This document shows, in pieces, positions 24,516-32,000 of a stretch of DNA of 32,000 nt. The first letter of the stretch is position 1; every line of letters begins with the position of its first letter. The stretch covers positions 1,452 to 33,451 of the forward strand of contig BAAFSQ010000097.1 in the NCBI GenBank assembly GCA_054661495.1, written 5' to 3'. The stretch is from Zygophlyctis sp. KS116. Its lineage: Eukaryota > Fungi > Chytridiomycota. The position numbers and the translations under genes were made by a program. A model generated the notes under the pieces. It was not told where the DNA came from. It saw nothing but the letters and a program-made list of their open reading frames with translations, and did not search any database.

Positions 24516-26129
24516 GGGGCATATGTCTACAAGTTCAATAGTTACACCAATTTTAAGATATTATTGGTGGCCAACTGTGGAACGGGAATTAAGAATTTTT
24601 ACACAACGGTGTCCTAAATGCCAGTTAAACTAAAGTCATAAAGCTAGTACAGCCAATCATTCTCCATTAAAACCCATTCCGCCAGTTGGTCTACCTTTCG
24701 AACGTTGGGGGGTGGATTTTATTGGGCGATTACCTGAAACTAAATTAGGCAATAAGTACATTATAACAGCAATAGACTATGCTACTCGATGGGTTGTAGC
24801 AAAGGCGGTGAAAGATATGACTTCTACAACTGTTGTTGATTTTCTTTATAATGATATAATTATGCATTATGGCGTACCTATTGAATTATTTACTGATCGC
24901 GGCAAGTCATTTCTGTCAGAAGGAATTCAAGAATATTATTCAAGAACAGGAATTCATCATATAGCTACTACAACTCACCATCCTCAAACCAATGGCATGG
25001 TTGAGAGGATGCATTCAATAGTAAATCATTTAATAACGACTTTGGCAGATGCTCAAAAAACAAGATGGGATGAATTTCTCAACATGACTTTATTCGCTTT
25101 AAGAGTTAGACAGCATACTACCACGAAGTACTCACCTTTCTGTTTGTTGTATGGTGTCAACCCAAGATTGCCAATTGACCCAAGACCCCCTCCGGATACA
25201 GTACAAGCTTTAGATGATGTGGAATTACTTGAATTTCAAGGTTTATTCACTGCTGGGGAACTTGAAGACTTGGGACATGATCATGCTGCAGCTTACAAGC
25301 ACACGTTGGTTCAGGCCGAACAAATGAAAAAACGGCATAACATTGATGATAATCAACCAGATTACTAAGCTCAAACATTGGGATAAATTAAAGTTCGAAT
25401 TCAAATGGAAAGGTCCTTTCCATATTGCTAAACTAGGAAAGCCAGGGACTTATTGGTTAATTACCCTCGCGGAGACTTCTTGGAATCAACAGTTAATCAA
25501 AGTGATCTAGCACAGTGGTTGGCAACGACGCCTGATAATGAATCTTATTTCTATGATGGTACAATTCAACATTCTTCTGCAGCTTCCCTTAGTTTGAAAT
25601 CTTCAACTGTCAATGGTGACACAGATCCTGCTCTTCAATCCATTGGCTCTGGTCTTAGAAGGGAGGATATTGTTATAGCGTAAGTCCTACACACGTGCAA
25701 GGGTCTTGTGACATAGTTTGCGTTTGTGTTTCAGATACATGCAAATTTGCTTGAAGGGCTAACCCTTCTTTTCTTTTTTTTAGTTGGATTATCAATCAGA
25801 ATCTTTTATTTTCGAAAGAGATTTACATTGCATTTGAGTTATACTTACTTAAATTTGCAATCGTTATAGCAAAGTTTGTTACACTTCACTCCACATACTA
25901 CTCAATATCTGAAAGTGGACCTCAGCGGCTTCTCACGGCTGATTTTCTTTATTGTTTGGACACGTGTTTGGGATGCATATTTTATCTAAAGTGTCTAGGA
26001 TTTAGTTGTACATTTAACAAAGTTCATATCTATCTTGTTCCTTGTTAATCTTGTGTGCTGAGTTCTGATTCTTGTTGAACTCTTATATTTTCCAGTCTTG
26101 TATTGTTATCTCGCACTTGTCTCGTAACA
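24516..26129 (+). mobile_element. Ty3/gypsy 3' fragment: integrase, polypurine tract and 3' LTR
   Basis: GH...YWWP...CPKCQ zinc finger, FERWGVDFIG, AIDYATRW, TDRG, HPQTNGMVER, WKGPF; internal stops; tract AGAAGGGAGGA just before LTR 25671-26129 (TGTTA...TAACA). Confidence 0.92.
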
Positions 26130-26412
26130 TCTTTACACGTTATGTGAATTTAGGAACTGATTTGGGTCTGGATGAAGGCTAATGCCTAGGAGCCATGTAC
26201 TAACCTTTTTACTCCCTGTAGCAGAGTTTTTACGGGTGGTACTTAACGTGGCGTATTTTACCTCTTTTGGGAGGTTTATCTTAAAAAGTCATCTCAGTGA
26301 ACTAATCAGTCGAATCGAATTGAGAACTCTTGTCTGAACTTAATTTTATTCATTCTTTACCTTGAAGAATTGCTATCTCTAGTTCGTAAGAAGGTGCGAT
26401 TTTCCAAAGTTA

Positions 26413-26788
26413 TGTTACGATTGGATGTCTTTGATGGGAAAGGTCAAAGATAACTAGCATCGTAAACTAACTAAACAAGTTGGAAGTGGAATATGATTTA
26501 ATTAAGCAATGGGAATAATAAAAAAAAAAGAATAATGATCAGATAATGCTTAATTGCAAGAAGAAATAGAATACTGAAGCTTAACTAGTTAATTCGACTA
26601 TGAGAGTCATGAAACAAGGGTTACGCCTATTTATCATCATTATGTTTCATAAAATCAAATTATACGTTTCAAGAATAATCCTTCGTAGATCAGCTACATA
26701 CTTTGAGCATTGACAATAAAACTCTAGTTTAAGATTTAGGTCTGAGGCAAGTTCAGAATTAAGGGTGTACGATCCTGAGATCGTAACA
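26413..26788. mobile_element. Solo LTR
   Basis: 376 bp bounded by TGTTACGAT...ATCGTAACA (9-bp perfect inverted termini); the flanks GTTA/ATTA are at best an imperfect TSD. Confidence 0.7.
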
Positions 26789-26792
26789 ATTA

Positions 26793-29711
26793 TGTTACAC
26801 TCTCTCGCGCTTCACATGGTTTAGAGGCTAGTTTGCTTAGATGCTGGATTGATCGTGATAAGAGTTAAAAGTAAATCTCAGTAAGTCTTATAACTAGGAA
26901 ATATAAGATTATATTTTGCCTTACCTAGGAAATATAAGATTATATTTTGCCTAGGACGCGAAGCGCCTTTCAAATCAATACACTCCCACAGTTTCACAAT
27001 GCCTGGCATGGAGAAACTGATACAATCATAATCCTATTAGGAGCCTCCCTGAGAGACAAGTAATTGTGAATGACGATTAAAAATAGTGGGTGGAAGTGCT
27101 TTTGTCATAAGATCAGCCACGTTTTGATGGGTATAGATATGAGAAACATTAGTAGTACCAGTAGCCACATGATCCTGAATAAAATGATATCTTACATCGA
27201 TATGCTTAGTTCTAGAATTATGGGTTTTAAGTTTTACTGCAGTCCAATGAGTATGTCCGGGATTGTGCATATATTTGCAAACTTGGCCAACAGCATTGGC
27301 GATATCAGGGCGAGAACCATATACTAAATACAACAAACTGCCAACCGTTTCACTATATGGCACATTTTGAATTTTACGCATATCTTCAGCATTATTAGGA
27401 GACATAGCAGAAGATAACTTGACTGACGGATTCATAGGAGTTGTCACGGTATTACAGTCAACCATTCCCGTCCTTTTAAGCAGGGTTGTAATATAGCGTT
27501 CTTGAAAGATTCTAATAACTCCTTTAGCCTGATTATAATCAAATTGTAAACCCAAATAATGTTTGAGGCAGCCTAAATCTTTGACTGGAAGTAAATTTTT
27601 AATTGCAGATTTTAATTTGTCCATATTAGCTGCCCCAGAGATGGCTAGAGCGAGATCATCGACATACAGGGTGACATAGGCCTTGGTGCCATTAAAAATA
27701 CCAGTATAAAGACATTGATCTTTGCGATTTGCTTTAAAACCTAAAGAAGAAAGTATATCATGTGCTTTAGAATACCATGCACGTGGTGCTTGTTTAAGGC
27801 CATATAATGCACGGTGCAATTTAACAATGGTCCCTGATAGATGACCAAAACCATCTGGTAATCGCAGATAAACCTCTTCTTCCAATGGAGCTAAAAGAAA
27901 AGCTGTATCAACATCCATATTGTGGATTTCCATGTGCTTTGAGGCAGTCGTAGCTAGCATAACAAGAAAACTCACAAATTTAGCAACAGGAGCAAAGGTA
28001 TTACCACAATCGACGCCATCAATTTGAGTAAAACCTTGGGCAACAAGGCGTGCCTTTTCTAAAATAGATCCATCAGCCAAAATTTTTTCAGTAAACACCC
28101 AACGCGATCCTACAGCTTTACGACCAGTAGGTAATGAACAAGGAGAGAAAACATTATTTTTGTGCAATGATTCAATTTATATATCCATAGCGATTTGCCA
28201 TAGAGTGGGCTAATCGGACATTTGAGCTTGATTATAATTATTTGGAATATTATCATGGGTTATATCAGCGAGAAAAGAACCAGCAGTAAAAGAAGCAGCA
28301 AGTAACGAAATTTGTGGAGGAGTTGTATCGCTACAAGATGGTGAATTGATTTGATCCCGAGAACGAGTCCGAGTACTTATAGGTGGATCTTCAGGAGGAG
28401 AATGATCACGCTCTGGTTCACTGCATTCATAGCTATCAGAAGAAATTAAAGTAGAGGAGTTACTAGACGAAACATCAGAAGATAAATGAGATTCAATGGC
28501 ACTTAATGAAGACATACTTGGTAGCTACATCGACAAATTTGACATTGCCATTCCTAGAATCAGAAGAGATCGTAGAAAAGGGGCCTTGATAATCGGCTTC
28601 AAATAATTCACCAGAACAAACATTGAGATTATTTTGACTTATCCTAGGTATATTTTTACGTATCATTTTGCCTTCTGCACAAGCTTAAAAGTTTATATAA
28701 CCTAAAATTAAAAAGTTTATATAGTCGTGGCAGATCATCAAAAAATCGATGACCCAATATCTCATGAGCTTCTGTCCAGGTTTTAGATATCAGAGAAGTA
28801 GCACTAGGAGAGCCAGGTTTAAGGCTAGTACAATGTGCAGTGCCCCCTGTCATATGTTGTGTACAACCAGAGTCGAGATACCACTCAGAATCCGGAGAAA
28901 GACACGAGTAACTTTAAGTGGTTTATTTTGCGAGCATCTGTAAGAGCCAGCTTGATGATAAAAATCTTTAAATCCCGCATCCCTACAGGAAGTGCACACA
29001 GGTTTAAGATGTGGATGACAACCAAAACATCGATCAATGGGATACTGCTTACCTGCTCTAGTTTTTTGCTTATTACAAAGTTTGACTTGTGTCAGGAGAG
29101 CAGAAGTAGTATCGTTTTCTTTGGATTTAAAGAGTCTGAGTTCTTGTAGAACTCGTAATTTTGCAGAGTCAAAAGAAGTAGACTTATTGTGCATTAATTC
29201 AGATCGAACTGAAAGAAGTTCATTAGGTAGTTTGACGAAAAGTAACATTAGAGAGATGTTGCTACCAGATAACCCATCAGAGGAATTAAAAGACGACATC
29301 AATTTAGTTAAGGTAAGAAGACTCTCTTCAACGTTTGCGTCCATTAGAAGAGTAAAATTAACAATATCTGTGAGCAATTGAGTTTTTAACAGCAGTGAGT
29401 TAGGTTCCAAATTACTTATAAGAGCATCCCACATAGAAAGAGAGGTAAGAGGTCTTGGGATATTCTTCAAGTAGGAATTTTCACAGAGTACACAACAATT
29501 AAACTTAAAATTTGAAAACTACAGAAGAAAGTTTTGGACGACTCGCATCCAAATCCCATTCATCATGATTTTGCAACAAGTCAATCGTATGATTTTTCCA
29601 ACGAATAAAATTATTGGGCCCCTCTAGTTTTTCAAAGTCAGAGGGTATTAAAATTGTCTTTTTGTTTTCTTCAGTCATTTGAGGCAGTTTAAGAGCTTGG
29701 TGCTTATAACA
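26793..29711 (-). mobile_element. Ty1/copia element, internally deleted and frameshifted; 3' LTR present, 5' LTR absent
   Basis: PBS-like GTTATAAGCACC near 29699-29710; gag from ATG 29678 (EKLEGPNNFIRWK); HEILGH pre-integrase motif; truncated integrase; RT (KARLVAQGFTQ, MDVDTAFL, ALYGLKQAPRAW, LYVDD); partial RNase H; purine tract GTGGGAGTG, then LTR about 26793-26980. Confidence 0.92.
26894..26952. repeat. Tandem 28-bp duplication within copia LTR
   Basis: CTAGGAAATATAAGATTATATTTTGCCT at 26894-26921 and 26925-26952. Confidence 0.9.
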
Positions 29712-29897
29712 GTGGTGTAGTTTTAATTTGTCTTTTCAACAAAGTTCTTTTGTCTTGTTCTTTGTGGTTGTTCTCTGAGTCCTATTTTAATTAGAGAATT
29801 ATTGATACTACTATACTGTCCTTTTGATCCCTGTCCTTGCAACAGTTTGAAAAGACCTTTTTCTCCCGTTTGTGAAATACATCTCTGCTCTAGAAAA

Positions 29898-30678
29898 ATG
29901 AATGCAGATAATAATACTTCTCGTCCTCAAACTCCTATGGCTGCTCAGGATATGGACCCTCAGCTACTGCAGAATATTTTGGTGGCTCTTACTAATCTAC
30001 AGATCCAGTTTTCCCGAGACCCCAGAGTCCCTGATGTACCAGTCTTTAATGGAAACAAGGCCCAGTATTCTACATTCTTAGCCCGTTTGAAAAATTTCTT
30101 TGCAATGCAACCTACTGTTTATGATTCGGATAGAAAAAAGTTGGCTATGTAGTTTCACGTTTGGAAGGTGCCGCTGCGGATTGGGCAGTAGTGACATTGT
30201 TAGAAAATCCTGACTATAAATGTCATGTAGGTTTGATGGATAATTGGCAATTATTTTTGGACTCCTTCTCTAAATTCTCGGACCCATTTGCAAAAAGAAA
30301 TGCGACTGATGCACTTCTATCGCTCAGTCACGGTAAATCCCAATCCGTCCTTAGATATTGGACAAAATTCTCGGAACTGTTGTATCGTTCTAATATATCC
30401 GCTGATTCAGCTGAACCTCTCTTTGAAAGAGGTTTGAAATATGAAATTAGAGATCGCTTGGTAGATAAAGATCTCCCTGAAGATTTGGATTCTTATGTTA
30501 GAGCAGTTGTGGATTTGGATAATCGATTATATCGGTTAAAACAGGATAAAAGGATAAATACTTTCAATTCTACTAGTTTTGTCCCTCGGTTTAACTTCTG
30601 CCGCAAATAATTCCACGTCTTGAAGCTTAAGAGTCAAGAAAAGCAGTTGTTAGGTGAGATCCGCAGAATGGACCCTGA
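29898..30678 (+). mobile_element. Ty3/gypsy gag (Retrotrans_gag/PEG10-like capsid), frameshifted and truncated
   Basis: PDVPVFNGNK...FL...F...QP; frameshift near 30147-30150; SRLEGAAADW, SVLRYWTKF, FERGLKYEIRDRL, LDNRL; ends at the copia LTR starting at 30679. Confidence 0.85.
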
Positions 30679-32000
30679 TGTTATGAGATTTATTATCTAG
30701 ATTATAAGATTCTATCAACGAGAATATTTAATAATAATCTTTATTGAACTTACCTAGATTATAAGATTCTATCAAAGAGAATATTTAATAATAATCTAGG
30801 AAGTGACGTTTCAATCTAAGTATTTATCTTCCGTTATTGGGTGACGTATATCCTTCATCAATGTCTTCGAATGCACAGATAGTTCAACACTCCCTCCTGA
30901 AGAAATGACTCCCATACCGAGCTTGTCTTTCAAGTACTTAAACATCGGTCCATTAAGACCCTTTGTGAACATATCTGCTATTTGATCTTTGGATTGTATA
31001 TGTGTTATTTCCACAATACCCATCTTAACATAATCCCGTATAAAATGATAATGTACGTTCACTTGTTTAACTTTAGACTTGTATACGGGATTCGTGGCTA
31101 TTTGAATAGCTGCTTGATTGTCTTCATATACTTTAATTGGTCTTGACATATCTATTCCCAATTCCAACAAGATAGATCTCAAGAAAATACCATCTGATAT
31201 TGCTTGTGAGAGGGCTATGTATTCTGCTTCTGAAGTACTTTTAGCGGTAATTGATTGCTTTAGTGTTTTCCACGACACTGGATTACCATTAACAAAAATA
31301 ATCCATCCTGATGTTGATTTCTCTCCCATAGGTGCAAAAGACGCATCCGCATAAATTTCAATTTCATAATAATTCTTGTCTGACTTCGTATACAACAATC
31401 CATCATCTGGACATGAGTTTAAGTAATGAAATATTCGTTTTACTGCAGTTTCTCCACTTTCAGTGGGTTTAACTTGGAATCTCGCAGAATAAGATACAGC
31501 ATAAGACAGGTCTGGTCTAGTACAATTGACTAAATGATACAGTGAACCCACCACTAAGGTACCGTGTAGAATCAACAAGTTTACTCCCATCTAAGCCAAG
31601 AACAACATGAGGATCAGATGGACATCTAACTTTCTTAGCATTTTCCATTTTGAATTTTCCTAGAGCTTCTAAAACACGCTTAGTCTGACTAATATATAAC
31701 TTATCATCCTGCGGCTTACATTACATTGCAAAAACTGATTATCTGTCAAATCACCAAGAGCTTTGCCTTCAAACTTATCGAAAATAAAGGATTTTGTCTG
31801 TTCTAATGCCTCTAAACTATTGGAGCTAATCATAATATCATCCACCCAGACTAGTAAGTAAACGGTAGATTTTTCTGAGCAATTAATATAAATGCAATGT
31901 TCTGAGCGTAATCTTGTAAATTTTAAAATATTTACTATAAAGTTATCTAGTGTTTCACTCCAATCATGTGCTCCTTGTTTCAAACCATACAGCGTCTTGA
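30679..32000 (-). mobile_element. Ty1/copia 3' part (RT, RNase H, polypurine tract, 3' LTR); runs off the window
   Basis: TLYGLKQGAHDW, VWVDD, frameshifts near 31570-31700, CTRPDL, YADAS, AKSTSEAEY, EDNQAAI, ADMFTKGL; tract AGGAGGGAG; LTR 30679-30889 (TGTTA...CAACA on the + strand). Confidence 0.93.
30697..30797. repeat. Tandem 44-bp duplication within copia LTR
   Basis: CTAGATTATAAGATTCTATCAA(C/A)GAGAATATTTAATAATAATCT at 30697-30740 and 30754-30797, one mismatch. Confidence 0.9.

Noticed and set aside
26894-30797. Direct repeats as CRISPR-like arrays
   Set aside because: Only two copies each with 3-13 nt between them, inside LTRs in a eukaryotic context, with no cas genes.

Overview
Eukaryotic, AT-rich DNA in the standard genetic code, most likely from an early-diverging (chytrid-like) fungus; the taxon is inferred from gene content and architecture only. 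The window has two sharply different halves. Positions 1-20.1 kb hold 13 very tightly packed genes: two inositol polyphosphate 5-phosphatases, a zinc-ribbon protein, a small secreted protein, FIT2/SCS3, an orphan, LUC7, USP7/UBP15, NOP9, TAPT1/EMP65, UTP13, a secreted preproprotein and a LisH/CTLH protein. The ORF track looks fragmented because these genes carry ultra-short GT-AG introns. I reconstructed 44 by hand and all are 24-30 nt. Neighbouring genes overlap (including an ATGA stop/start overlap) or are often only 4-46 nt apart. Positions 20.1-32 kb are a graveyard of decayed and nested mobile elements: several Ty1/copia and Ty3/gypsy fragments, stacked LTRs, a probable LINE 3' remnant, and a probable Crypton-type tyrosine recombinase remnant that has its own 27-nt intron and lies between perfect 30-bp inverted repeats. 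All gene models come from manual reading, without RNA or database support.
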